Below, one piece after another: positions 39,850 through 53,343 of a stretch of 64,000 bases of DNA. A model generated the notes under the pieces. That model did no database searches. It worked only from the letters and a program-made list of their open reading frames with translations, and was not told the DNA's origin. The stretch lies in the NCBI GenBank assembly GCA_964016885.1, contig OZ024742.1:27714001-27778000 (forward strand). The letters are read 5' to 3'. A program made the translations under genes and the position numbers. The stretch's first letter is position 1, and each line of letters starts with the position of its first letter. Source of the stretch: Eledone cirrhosa. Lineage: Eukaryota.

Positions 39850-40822
39850 AATGAGTGTCCAATCTAGAAACGGGCATTAGACTAATTATTTGGGTAGATT
39901 TAATCATCGAACATCTCTCCTCAAATACCTGGCTTTGAACCAAATACAAGAGTCTACCATTTTTACTGAGCCATGGTCACATTTACTTTTCTCCTCTCTA
40001 ATAAAGAAATTACAAGTAAAGGATCTTATTATAATTCTTGGTGTGTTTTGTCCATTTATTCATACATTACACTTTAGTTACATGCACACATAAATACATA
40101 AACAGATACACAGACAACTGAAATGCAAACACACACACAATCTACTCATATATATTCATAAATAGACACATTATATAAAATAATTATTACATACACACAT
40201 CTATGTAATGATTGAGGAAGGAAGAAGCTGGTGAAACGCTATAAGAATGAGAGTTCAAAGATTAGCTAAACTTGTGTGTGTTTGTGTGAGTGTAAGTGTG
40301 TGTGTGTTTTGTGTGAGTGTGTGTGCTTGCACATTTATATTTATATACTCATACATAGAAATGTATACATATACACATACATACACAATTGTAATGAATT
40401 GTGTGTGTGTGTGTGTGTTTGTGTACAGAGACATGAGGAAATGAATGAAGAACAGAGGTGTGTCGTTTTAGAGCAAGGTAGACTAAGACACCAGGAAAGA
40501 AGAGATAATATACAGCTAAATGAATGTTTCTTAAATAACTCCTCTTAATATTTTCGTCTGTGGAATTTCCATGGGTCCCACAAGTTAGAATAAATATACC
40601 GTCTAACCCATGCTAGCGTGGAAGATGGACATTAAACGATGATGATGATGATGACGATACTCAACTGTACCTCAACTTTTCTAAAATTTCTGGACTTGTG
40701 CCAATGCTTGAAATTATTATTATCATTATTATGTAAAACAGGATTAGCAGGATCGGTAGAGCACAGGACAACATTATTTGTGACATAGAGTTTCATCCCT
40801 TTACATTCTGATTTCAAAATAT

Positions 40823-40960
40823 AAAGGGCAATGATGAAAATAAAACAAAACAAAGTAATGTTTTCCCCAATATATTTCAACATTAGTCCTGAAATATCAT
40901 GTTGAAATATATTGGGGAAAACATTACTTTGTTTTGTTTTATTTTCATCATTCGCCCTTT
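40823..40960. repeat. Hairpin element: 54-bp inverted arms (40830-40883 / 40899-40952)
   Basis: Direct inspection; extended by AAAGGGC/GCCCTTT. Confidence 0.8.
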
Positions 40961-41385
40961 CGGTGGATTGGCAGTATCGGTAGAGGGTCGGACGCCATGC
41001 TTTGCAGCAGAGTCGCGGCCCTTTACGGTCTGAGTTCAAATCCCACCGAGGTTAACTTTGCCTTTCATCCTTACGGGGTCGATAAAATAAAGTACCAGTA
41101 ATGTACTGGGTAATTGCTGGCCTTGTGCCAAAAGTAGAAACAATTATTATTATTATTTATAAAATGGTGGATTGGCAGTATTGTTAGAGCATGCAACACC
41201 ATGCTTTGCAGGATAAAGTTACAACTTTTTACAATCTGAGCTCAAATCCCACTGAGTTCAACTTTGCTTTTCATCCTTACAGGGTCGATAAAATAAAGTA
41301 CCAGTAATGCAACTGGGGAATTTAAACAACTTTCCCCTCCCCTAAAACTGTTGGCCTTGTGCCTAAATCAGAAACCGTTATTATT
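40961..41385 (+). mobile_element. Two tandem Nin/Deu-domain-like SINEs (partial third at 40735-40820)
   Basis: CGGTGGATTGGCAGTATCGGTAGAG head and conserved core. Confidence 0.85.
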
Positions 41386-42167
41386 AGTAGTAGTGGGGGT
41401 GGGGTTGTGGTGGGGAGGGGGTCACCTTGAGAATTTTGGTATATTTCATGTAATGATTCATTGTCCTTTAAAATCATAAATATAGTCTATCTATAATTCC
41501 TCATTTATACTCATACACACACACATACACACACACACATACATTTATATATATATATATATGTATGTGTGTATATATATATATATGTGTATGTATAGAT
41601 AGATAACACACACACACATATATATGTATATATGAGGGAGTAGAGATAGTGCATATACATATACATATATAAATACATACATGTATGTATGTATGTGTGT
41701 ATATATGTAATTATATGCATATATATATATATGTATGTATGGATGGGCATTTGTGTGGGTGTATATATATATATACACACACACCACACATACATACACA
41801 CACACTTAAACCCATGTATATAGTGTCTTGAAGCATGACAGGAACTAATAATTTAAAATGAAGAATTTCTCCATTAAACATTTTTTTCAGGTTTCCATTT
41901 TTCAAAATGTTATGTTCAGTTTTTCAAGTGTGCTAATTTTAAAATTCTGTTGAACCACTGAATGTCTATAACAATTGTTTAAACATCACCGCCGTACTTT
42001 GAGTGTTCTGCAATCTTTGTCAAGACACCTTGTCAAACTTTCATTTTGGCAGACATTAATATATATCCTACCTACATACAAATACAGACACAGATATATA
42101 TATATGTGTATGTGTGAATATATATATATATAGGTTAGATGTTTATATACATATATACATACACACA

Positions 42168-44203
42168 TCATCATCATCATTGTTTAACATCTATCTTCCA
42201 CGCTAGCATGGGTTTAGACAGGAATTGTCCAACATGAGGCAAGATTGGTTGTCTTGCTCGTATAGGACTGTCTGGCGGGTTTTCTATGGGTGGATGCCCT
42301 TCCTAACACCAACCACGTTTACAGTGTGGACTGGGAGGTTTTTACCATGTTACCTACACGGCCACATTACAGCGTGGATTGTGTGTTTTTTTGTCGTGAC
42401 ACCTACACAACCTCATTTATTTAGGACTGGATGTTGTGACACCAACATAACTTTACAGAGAAAGGGGTGGTGTAGATGAGGGGGGGGAGGCTAAGGATAG
42501 TGGGATGGGGTGTATTTTTGATTAGGAGGTGCCTACTGACTGTAGTAGGTTTCGCTTTGTACTTAGGCAAGACGGGTCTTCTGTATTACTGCGTAGTGCC
42601 AAAGATCTCGGTCCAGTGACATTATCTTGGAGAGGTGTAAGTGTGTAAGGTCAGAATTTATCAAATTGTCCCAGGTTTTTCTGGGTCTGCCTACTCCGTA
42701 GCTTCCATCTAATTTGATCACGCTGCATTTTTTTTTGTACAGCTGTCGTCTTTCACGCACATCACGCGACCGTACCAACATAGTCTTCTCTCGAGTAAAC
42801 AGCATCTGATCCCTCTTATTTCTAATTTCTCACTTTGTTCATTTATGCTTTGCCGTTCACGTATATTACTATTACACATCCAACGGAGCATGCAAGCTTT
42901 GTTCCTCTCCAGTCTGCGTATATCCTCTGCACACAATGCCCAGGTCTCACTGCCATGTAACATTGCTGTTCGTATGCAGGCATCACACAATCTGCCTTTC
43001 ATTTTTAGGGAGAAACCATTAGCGGCCAATAGTGGTATAAGCTCTATGAACTTTTTCCCTCCCGTTCTGACTCTAGCTACTGTACTTTCAGAGCACCCTC
43101 CCGCACTGTTGATTTTGTCACCCAGGTAACAGAAGATGTCCACTATTTCTATAGAACCATCTGGGCAATGGGAGGCGCTAGTATTCTGTGGACACTTGCT
43201 ACTACTTATTGCACCTGAGCACCGGCCACATATATAATCTATGTTCTTAGTTAGTTTACCTGTGATTCCACTACATCTTTTATGCACCCATACTTTGTCT
43301 TTGGGACATAGAATGGAGTTTCTGCCTACTCCTTTCCTACACACAGAGCATGGCAATTTCCCAGAGGAGACCAGTGCCCTAATTTCCTTCCTACATACTA
43401 GAACTTTAGTCTTAGACAAGTTAATTTTAAGGCCTTTTTATTCTAGGCCATGCTTCCAGTTTGGAATTTCTTCTCTAGTTCAGCTATTGATTCAGCTATG
43501 TGCATTAGATCATCTACGTATAGAAGTTCCTATGGGCAGCCGATCTTGAACTCCTCTGTTATAGCCTGAAGGGCAATAATAAATAGGCGGGGGCTAAGGA
43601 CAGAGCCCTGATAAACACCGACTTTTACGCTAAATTCTTCACTATATTCGTTGTTAATTCTAACCTTGCTGACTGTTTATACATGGCTTGTATAGCTTTC
43701 ACGAGCCATTCATCAACACCTAGTTTTCTAAGAGCCCACCAGATAATGGAGCAGGGGACTCTGTCAAAGGCTTTCTTCAAGTCAACAAAAGCTAAGTATA
43801 GGGGTTTTTCTTTTTAGCTAGGTACTTCTCCAGTAGTTGTCGTACAAGGAAAAGAGCAACTGTGGTACTTTTACCTGACACAAACCCAAACTGCATTTCA
43901 TCTAGATCACTTCGCTCTCTGAATAGTTGCGCTATAACTTTTTCTGTGACCTTCATGACCTGGTCAATTAATTTAATGCCTCTATAGTTTCCCCTATCTA
44001 GGGCATCTCCTTTACCCTTGTAGCGGTTAATGATAATGCTGCTACGCAGGTCATTTGGTATGACCCCATTCTGTATGACTTGGTTTACTATCTGGGAGAC
44101 CATAGTGTGTCCCACCGTTCCAGATGCTTTCAGCATTTCAGCAACTATCTCCGAACGCCCAGCTGCTTTGCCTGTCTTCATATCTTTGATTGCCTTACTT
44201 ATT
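42168..44203 (-). mobile_element. 5'-truncated, frameshifted RTE-PHD LINE
   Basis: [18 protein letters not shown] (CSVC..CPKD..HKRC..CGRC), AMLHGSETW; 3'UTR. Confidence 0.92.
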
Positions 44204-44279
44204 ATATATATATATATATGTATATGTGTGTGAGTGTGTATATATGTATATATGTGTATATATATATATGTATATATAA

Positions 44280-45927
44280 CTAGCAGATTTACCCGGCGTT
44301 TCCCGGGGTTTGAAATTATTCTAAGAATATACAGCTAGAAGTAAAAGAAGAACATTATTTGTCCCCAACCTGTCAAAATAAGCAGAAGTCTTCAATAATG
44401 AATGCAAACGAATATTTAGTGCAATCTTTGTACACATAAAACTATGCTGATAATGAAGGAAAACACTGAACAGGATGTAGTTATACAAATGATTAAAGAC
44501 AATACACATCGCAAATCTGTAAAAAAACAGGCAGTTTTGCTAAAGTACAAAAAGTTGTAATGAAAGCAGAGTTGTATACAAACAAAAAGACAATGAGAGT
44601 AGAATAAGAGAAAATCTATCCTTTGCTGTGTATGGTTAAATTTTGAACTTATAATCCAAAATATCCTGCAAGACATATTCATTGGTATGTTTTGTAATGA
44701 GAAAGGTGAAGTCAAGGCAGAGCTGTAATAAGTTTTTTTGTTAACACTAAAGCACTTCAGGATAGACGATATTCTTTGTTTTTCTTTTCGGAACAAATGC
44801 AAATAGATTATCTCTACTGCCAACTCGTGAACAGGCAACGTAGAATTGTCCGTGTGAAAAGCAAGGTTCATCCAAGTGAATTCCAGTGACGGACAGAGTT
44901 TGACCTTGCGACTTGTTTATGGACATCGCAAAAGCAACGCGAAGGGGAAATTGGGTTCGGCGAAAGGAGAAGGGAGTATCCACACCTGATGTATTCAGGC
45001 TAATTTTTGTTATTATCATATCCTCGCCTTTTCCACATTCGGATAGAATGGTAGCCTCAATACTAAGTGGAGACAGTTTTTTAACCACAACGCGTGTACC
45101 ATTGCATAGTTTTGGAGGAGTGATATTTCTCAGCAAAATAACTGGCGTTCTCTCTTTCAGAACCAATGTATTAGGAGGTAAACCAGGAGGATTTAAAGAA
45201 TTTAGAAATTCAACTGGATAATTGACCGCATCCTGTGGATCACATACAGTATCAATAGATTTATATATCCGTGGACATCCAGCAACCTCATGTTTGCCAA
45301 CCCTTGCTGTGAATCCACCATCTTCGGGTCTTCTCCGGCGATATAGTGGGTATCTGTCATGACCAGTCTGAGTGTCAACATGGCTTATGAAAGTTTTAAA
45401 AATGTAAAAGTTGTAGGTCCCAATGGTTTGAATGGAAAGTCCAATAACGATTGTTCTAAAAATAAACAAACCATCATCAAAATATCGTCAATTCGAGACT
45501 GCTGCGAGATTAGGCCATTAACGCGAAAATTAACACTTAATATAGTGAAACAAGTTAAAACAAGTGTTTTTTTAACTTTGAAAGTGCAACAAAGAATAAA
45601 CAAGAAACAAACGATAATATTAGTGATTTATCTTCAAATGAATCTGATGTTTATATTTCTGAAAAGTTGGTTATCTCCCTTTTTTAAAAGGATTGTCAAT
45701 AAAGTTGGTTATCTCCCTTACATCAATTTTGCTACCGATAATTTTGATATCGATTTTTCATTGCTCAACGTGGGTCGATTTGAAAAATGTTTGTGATGTG
45801 ACAATCTTAGCGACCTATGCAACGTGCACAGAAAATTTGGTCAAATTCGGTTGGTAATTTTAAAAGCCTTAGGTATCCAAAGTTGTACACAGACACACAC
45901 ACATCCTCGCTTTTATATATATAAAGA
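44280..45927 (-). mobile_element. Internally deleted Helitron with Pif1-like helicase C-terminus (44747-~45280)
   Basis: 5' TC start, 3' CCCGG/CCGGG hairpin then CTAG end, inserted between A and T; EFLNSL.PPGLPP, LCNGTR, QFPLRVAFAMSINKSQGQT, FSHGQFYVACSRV. Confidence 0.92.
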
Positions 45928-46089
45928 TATAAGTTAAAACAAATTTCATTGTTTTAACTTATATCATGACTGTTTTCCTTTTAATGTTTTATTGTTTTCT
46001 GGGATTTATCTTAACCTACAACATTTTCAACATATGGATTACATCGAGTTCTTCATGCAGAATAGACCCCACAACTTACTGTGGATACC

Positions 46090-46133
<44 letters not shown>

Positions 46134-46539
46134 AATATATATAAACATGCATGCATATATATGTATAAATATATGCATGTGTATGTATCAACCATAATAA
46201 TATACCAGCTGTGTTTATATATATATATATTATATATATATATGTGTGTGTGTGTGTGCATGTGTGTGTGTGTGTGTGTATGTGTGTGAGTGTGTGTGCG
46301 TGTGTGTAAATCTGTAGCTTATATAATTTTACACACAAAAACACAGACACAAATCATTTCATATATTCTATCTCAGACATATTGCTATAATAAGATGTTT
46401 GTTTTCCAAACAAAAAGTCTTGAGTTCTAACCCTACATTTGTCCTTGTAAATTGTTATTTCTTCAAAGTTACTTATATACTTAATTCTGTATATTATTTG
46501 TACATGTGTTAAACATTTATATAATTATATTAATGATAA

Positions 46540-46722
46540 TTATTTCTACTTTTGGCACAAGGCCAGCAATTAACCAGTACATTACTGGTACTTTATTTTA
46601 TTATGTAAGGATGAAAGGCAAAGTTAACCTCGGCGGGATTTGAACTCAGGCTGTAAAGGGACGTAACTATACTGGAAAGCATGGCGTCTGACTCTCTCCG
46701 ATACTGCCAATCCACCGCCCTT
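46540..46722 (-). mobile_element. Nin/Deu-domain-like SINE
   Basis: Reverse complement of the family consensus, ending CCAATCCACCGCCC. Confidence 0.85.
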
Positions 46723-46742
46723 GACGTAATTATAATAATGAT

Positions 46743-47067
46743 AATGAAAATGATTGTGTACATTGCTCAGGTGCACTATAATTCATAAAAGTTGCATGTA
46801 TAGTATATAGAATAATGTACAAAAGTCAGGTAAGTGAACAATGTATGAGTCATGATACACACACACACACACACGCGTGCATGTGTATGGAAGGGAATAT
46901 CAGGTGTAGTATTGGTGAATTTCAAGAAGCATGGATATTTTGAAGGATGCAGTATCCCGACTCATACACTGTTAACTTTCCTGACTTTTGTACATTATTC
47001 TGTGTACTATACATGCAACTTTGATGAGATGTATGGCACCTGAGCACTGCACATAGTAATTTTCATT
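46743..47067. repeat. ~110-bp imperfect inverted repeat (46743-46851 / 46959-47067) of a putative LINE 3' end
   Basis: AATAATGTACAAAAGTCAGG / CCTGACTTTTGTACATTATT and neighbouring matches; the spacer matches dispersed repeat 5473-5587. Confidence 0.65.
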
Positions 47068-47091
47068 ACTATAATTATTTTTAATAATGAA

Positions 47092-47315
47092 AGGACAGTG
47101 GATTGGCAGTATTGGTAGACTGTCAGACACCATGCTTTGCAGCAGAAGGATATGGCCCTTTACGTTCTGCGTTCAAATTCCTGCTGAGGTTCACTTTGCC
47201 TCTCATCTTTACGGGGTCGATAAAATAAAGTACCAGTAACATAATGGGGTTGATTTAATCGACTTTCTCCTCCCCCCCCAAATTACTGGCCTTGTGCCTA
47301 TAGTAGAAGTAATTA
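47092..47315 (+). mobile_element. Nin/Deu-domain-like SINE
   Basis: GTGGATTGGCAGTATTGGTAGA head and core GGGGTCGATAAAATAAAGTACCAGT. Confidence 0.85.
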
Positions 47316-47925
47316 TTAAATATAGTATTAAAATATAATTCTTATATTAGGTTCCTTCCATGGAGTGTTAATCAATATAAACTATAGCTTTACTTGTATG
47401 CAAATAATAACTTTATCACTACGAGTTTTTATAAATATATATAAATTTTTCAGATTTTTTTCACACCCTACACCCTTTTTAAATTTTGCTAATTTATCTA
47501 TGACACAATTTTATTTTATTTTGTTGCATTCTTACGAAAATAATATATATATATATCAGCTCTTGTATGAGCAAGGCATGGTCAGCCGACCGGACACTGC
47601 CCACAACAGGACAACCCGTCTAACCCATGCTAGCATGGAAAAACAGACGTAAAACGGTGATGATGATGATGATATATATATATGTATATATCACGTTAAG
47701 TTAACGGAGCCATAGACTCTTGTTATTCCCTGTGTATGGAATCTTGGATTTGTACGCGTGTGTTATATAGTTATAGAGGTGCGTATATACATTTTAATTT
47801 ATATTTTTAATTATCGTGTGTCTACCCTGCCTTCCATAGAGTATAGATTCCATACACTGGTGATTTTCCCTGTTTTACTGATGGTACACTTTCTCTCTCT
47901 AGTGTGTTACCTTTTCAACATATTG

Positions 47926-47980
<55 letters not shown>

Positions 47981-47984
47981 AAAT

Positions 47985-48715
47985 GGAGGGGTAGAGAGGG
48001 CCCTTGAGTCTAGTAAGACATCCTCTCTAGTGCTGGTGACACAAATAAAAGCACCCAGTCCATGCTGTAAAGTGGCACTGGTGTTAGGAATGGCATCCAA
48101 CCAGTGTATCAATGCCAAAGCGCTTGGTAGCACAACAACAAATAGATAGGAACGACAACAAAATATGAAGACGTCGCATCTCAGAGTTGCAACACTTAAT
48201 GTTGGCACTCTTAGAGGTAGATCTGCTGAAATAGTGGAGATGCTGGAGAGAAGGCATGTGGATGTGTGCTGCGTGCAAGAGGTGAGATGGAGAGGTGCCT
48301 CTGCAAGACTAGTCGTAGGCAAACATCTTAGCTATAAGCTTTTCTGGGTAGGTAAGGATGATGGGTTAGGGGGAGTAGGCATTTTCCTGCCTGAGAAATG
48401 GATCAATAAGACAATAGAGATAGTTCGAGTTAGTAATCGAATAATTAAGCTTAGATTAGTTGTAGGCATGAGACTACTGACAATCATCTCTGCCTATGCT
48501 CCCCAAGCAGGCCTAGGCAAAGATGAGAAAGACTGCTTTTACGAGCAACTTTTACAAACAACCGCAATGATGGAGGATGGAGACATCGTTATGCTAGCAG
48601 GGGACTTCAATGGTCATGTTGGACAGCTCCAGGATGGTTACACTGGGGTACATGGTGGGCACGGTTGCAGCTCAAGAAATGAAGAAGGAGTGAGAGCGGA
48701 CGTAAAATGATGAAG
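47985..48715 (+). mobile_element. RTE LINE 5' end: 5'UTR plus APE endonuclease N-terminus (ORF 48165-48710), fused to a short 3'-terminal motif
   Basis: ATLNVGTL, CCVQEVRW, SAYAPQ, AGDFNGHVG; ends GAGCGGACGTAAAATGATGA. Confidence 0.88.
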
Positions 48716-48741
48716 GAGGGAAGAATTATATATATATATAT

Positions 48742-49270
48742 AGTAGGCAGACCCAGAAAAACCTGGGACGACATGATAAATTCCGACCTCACACGCTTAC
48801 ACCTCTCCAAGACACTGTCACTGGACCGAGACCTTTGGCGGTACTCAGTAATAGAGAAGACCCGCCTTACCTAAATACAAAGTAAAAACCTACTACAGTC
48901 AGTAGGCATCTCTATCAAAACACACCCCCGTCCCACCACCTCCACCCCATCCACACCGCCCCTTTCAATGTAAAGTTATGTTGGTCCCACAACATCCAGG
49001 CCGAAACAAATGAGATCGTGTAGGTGTCACGACAAAAAAAAACACACAGTCCACGCTGTAATGTGGCCGTGTAGGCAACACGGTAAAAACCTCCCAGCCC
49101 CACACTGTAAATGTGGTTGGTGTTAGGAAGGGCATCCAGCTGTAGAAAACCCGCCAGACAGTCCTATGCGAGCAAGACAACCACTCTTGCCTCAAGTGGG
49201 AAAACCCCCGTCCAAACCCATGCAAGCGTGGAACACGGACGCTAAACCCGATGATGATGATGATGATGAT
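48742..49270 (+). mobile_element. RTE-PHD LINE 3' fragment
   Basis: [23 protein letters not shown]...; 3'UTR; (GAT)n. Confidence 0.9.
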
Positions 49271-49344
49271 ATATATATATATATATTTATGATATATATA
49301 TATCATAAATATACATATGCACAGACACACATTATTATATATAT

Positions 49345-49530
49345 ACACGTGTGTTTTCCCACTTTTTCTCATTTTTCCCTGTTCCTTTCTCTTCTCACTC
49401 TTTATCTTCTGATGAAGGACTAATGTCCGAAACGCTAAGACTCTTTTCCTGCTATTTCAAGCATTAAATGAATATATTTCTTCATGCTACTGTGTCATTT
49501 GCTTTGTTATTTCTGTTTACTCTTTACATA
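49345..49530 (+). mobile_element. Short PLE-pLTR-like element with HHR core (49405-49440)
   Basis: TCTT-CTGATGA-A-GGAC-TAAT-GTCC-GAAA-CGCT-AAGA; cleavage triplet appears mutated. Confidence 0.65.
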
Positions 49531-49959
49531 CATACACACACACATACAAATAACATATATATATATATATATACGTAGAGAGAGGGAGAGGGAGAGAGAG
49601 AGAGACAGAAAGAGAAGGGGGTGAGAGATAGAGAATGTGTGATTGTTTATTCATACATACATTCCTTTCAATTTGTTTTTTTTTCTTTAATTCTCTGAAA
49701 TGATGGCCTGATGTGAAAAGGGACTAATTTCTAAGTATGCCGCCAACATTTATCACCAATGCTAAACCAGATATTTTATAATTGAACGATGAACAGAAAA
49801 AATTGGAACATGTTAAACAATTGCGATGTAGTTTATATTTCGTGATGAAAAACTGAAATTTCATAAACTTGAAAAATTTAATGTAACACCACTTTCACAA
49901 TGAGTTGTCAGGATTCCAAAAATGACATGCCTTCTAAGAAATGCTTTCAATTAGAAATA

Positions 49960-51347
49960 AATATGTAAGTGTTATCTCTTTCTCTTAATTTCGAGTATAT
50001 TTTTTTGACCGGCCACCTTCCTGGTGGCAAGGTTGTAAAAGAAAAGAAATTGTCATCCGTTGAATCGCAAGAATGTTTTGCAAATTTTGAAGGTGCCAGC
50101 TATCGCAGCCATTTGTAGACTATGAATTAGGGAGCTGTGCATTTTGTCCGCAAATCCAAGTTCAGTCATACTTTGGTCTAAGCGGGTTGGTATATAACCC
50201 GTAGCTCCAATAATGATGGGTATGAAGCTAAAGGTGTATCTTGGATACTGGATTTGTAAACTCCTCATCAATAATGTCCTCCTTCTCCTGTATTTTTCTG
50301 ACAACGTTTACATCAAGTGGGCAGCTGATCTCCACAACAGAACACGTTTTCAATGTGTGGTCCCAAACAACAATATCAGGCCGGTTGTGCTTTAATTTGG
50401 TGGCAGTTTTTATTTTCAGGTTCCACCAGTATTCCTTAGTGCCATCTGTCTCAATATATTCTTCCTCATTTGTTGTTAATTTTGTTTTCCGAAGTGCGTT
50501 CCAGATGGTTCTAGCTATCCCATTGTGTCTCATGGGGAGGTAGTAGCGAGATGACATTCTTTCGCAGCTGGCAACAATGTGGCTTACATCCTCGATCTAC
50601 ATTTATTGTCAGCTGCTGGCCCTCTTCTTTTGTGCAGCAGATATTTGGTAGGGAGTTCTTGTTCCTGTATTGCATAGAGATATCCCTCAAGGTGTGATGT
50701 CATGAACTAGTCGGAACTCCATGCCAGGCTTTTTGAGTGATTTATCCCTTCTATGGTCTGTGTTTTACGTCTCAAGTATCCATGCACAACTTTTTCTGTA
50801 AATTGGTCAATTTTTTTATCTTGTTTGAACATTGAATAGGATCTTCCGATTTCTCTGGGTGAGAGATTTATATCAGGCTTTATTCCATATCTCTCCTCCA
50901 GATCAGTCGCTATTCTAATAATTTTTTTTTCATGCTCATAAACCTGGGCAAGATGGTTGCCAACCTTTTTCCTCTGTTGAAGATGTTGCTTCAGTGTTAC
51001 TATCCGAGTCTCATATGTTATTAATATTGATTTTAGACCCCGGCCATCTTCCTTGCGTGAGAAGTATAGCCTATCCACATCACCATTGTGGTTAAAGTTC
51101 CCAGTAACACTGAGAAGTTTGCGAGTTCTAACATCCATCTCACTTAGTTCTTGCAATGACCAGTTCAGCAGGCCAAATGTTGGCGTTAGAATTGGCACAG
51201 CATAAGTATTGTGGGCAATGTATTTGTTGTACGCTGACAGTTCTGATGACCATATTTTCTTTACTCTTCTGAGGTATTCAGTTCTGGTTCTCTCCTTATT
51301 TATGGGTCCATCATATCTGACATTCTCATCCTGTCCAAGATATCTAA
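49960..51347 (-). mobile_element. 5'-truncated R4/Dong-type non-LTR element (RT end, zinc knuckle remnant, RLE endonuclease)
   Basis: YLGQDE, DVDRLYFSRKEDGRGLKSI, AIQEQE, SHIVASC, RHNGIAR, HNRPDIVVWD..VVEISCP, IIIGATG. Confidence 0.85.
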
Positions 51348-52074
51348 ATATGTATGAATGTATGTATGTGTGTATTATTGTATGTATGTATGTGTGTATA
51401 TATGTTTGTATGTGTGTGCGTGTGTATTTATGTATGTATGTTTGTATACATACTTGTGTGTATGAGTGTGACTGTGAATGTGTGTGTGTGGGAGTGTGAA
51501 TGGTGTGTGTGTGTGTATATTTATGTAGGGATGTTTGTATGTATATGTGTGTATGTGTGTATGTATATTTATGTATAGATACATGTATGTATTATGGATA
51601 TATTTACTTCTACATATATCTTTACTTATATATATACACATAAACACACACATATATATATATTTTTGAATGGTAGATATACACTCATAGTCTCATATAC
51701 ACTATATTAGGCATAAATATTATGAACACACACACATATATATATATATATAAAATGTATATACTTACACACACAGAAGTGTGTCTGTGTGTGGTATTAG
51801 TAGTAGTAGTAGCAGCACTAAAATATGCCTCCTTACTGTGTCTAGAACCTTAACCCATTCAATACCAAACTACTTGCAACTGTCCCTGGTTTGTTGATAT
51901 AAACCTCTTCATCTAAAAATGTTTATATTTATCTAAAAACCTTCTATCATAATGTTATGTAAGAATCTGATGGTAGGAGCCCCATTAGACGTTGTAGCTA
52001 AATACCACAAAGCATTTTCTTTGATGTTCTACTGATTCTGCCAATCTGTTGCACTCCTTAGCATAATACAATAA

Positions 52075-52492
52075 TTGTTTCTACTTTTGGCACAAGGCCA
52101 GCAATTAACCAGTGTATTGCTAGTACTTTATTTTATCGACTCCGTAAGGATGAAAGGCAAAGTTAACCTCGGCGGGATTTGAACTCAGATCATAAAGGGA
52201 CGTAACTCTATGCTTCAAAACATGGTGTCCGACTCCCTACCGATACTGTCAATCCACACAATAATAACAACGATTATGGTTTCTGATTGAGGCACAATGC
52301 CAACAATTTTGGGGGAGCAAAATTGATTAAATCAACCTTAGTGCATTACTGGTACTTTATTTTATCACACCAGTAACGATGTAAAGCAAAGCTAATCTCG
52401 GCGGGATTTGAACTCAGAACGTAAAAGTCCGTAGCTTATGCCAAGAATCAGGGAGTCCAACGCTCTAATGATACTACCAATCCACCACCCTA
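52075..52492 (-). mobile_element. Two Nin/Deu-domain-like SINEs
   Basis: Reverse complement of the family consensus, twice. Confidence 0.85.
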
Positions 52493-52734
52493 ATCATCAC
52501 CGTTTTCGTCCATTCTTCCATGCTAGTATGGGTTCGACAAGTTGTCCTATTGTGGACAATGCTAGGTCAGGTGATCATACCTTGCTTAATAATAATTAAA
52601 ATCATAATGACAAATAAAACTAAGTAATATACTAGATAAAACATTACTTAGTTTCATTTGTCATCATATTTTTACCCATCATATTTTTCTACCACATTGT
52701 ACCAACTTTTTGAAACTTAGTCTTTTAATGATAA

Positions 52735-53343
52735 CTAGCAGTGGAACCTGGCGTTACACGGGATAAGGTATTGTGAAATATATTACCGCCTCAGTTAAGC
52801 TTAGTATTGCCACAACCACGGCAGGAAAAGAAGTAAGGGTCTGGTGGTACGTAAGTAAGCAACACTGTGACTTAAAACGTGAGGAAGAAGTTGTGTGCAC
52901 TTACCAACTGTTTGGGGAATGAGTGTGAGATTCGTCGTGAGCAAGGGTGGTGGAATAACCGGAGGCAGCAGACAGCCAGATATTATAAGGGAGCGTCGAA
53001 TTGTAGGAAGTGACGTAATGCAGACAGCCAGACATACAGACAGATATTGGGTAATTGCTGGCCTTGTGCCTAACGTAGAAACAATTATAAGGGCGCGACG
53101 TTATTTGTATGTATCTATCTAAAAAGAGAAAGACTAAGAATTATAGAGAGCGATCGCTACATCGTCTAATACGGTCCATAGGGCATTGAAAATTTGAAAT
53201 TTTATTTGCTCAGAACACTCCCTGAAACATAAGTATTACATGTGTAAAGTTTTAAAATAGTCGGTTGGGTGGTTCTCTACTTTTAGGGATTCAAACTCAC
53301 ACACACACACACACAGACATCCTCAGTTTTATATATATATAGA
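52735..53343 (-). mobile_element. Non-autonomous Helitron (609 bp)
   Basis: Termini like 44280-45927 (on the plus strand ACTAGCAG..ACC.GGCGTT.C.CGGG at left, ACATCCTC..TTTTATATATATA.AGAT at right); A/T target. Confidence 0.75.

Noticed and set aside
44747-45469. Possible host PIF1 helicase gene
   Set aside because: C-terminal fragment only, lying inside canonical Helitron termini
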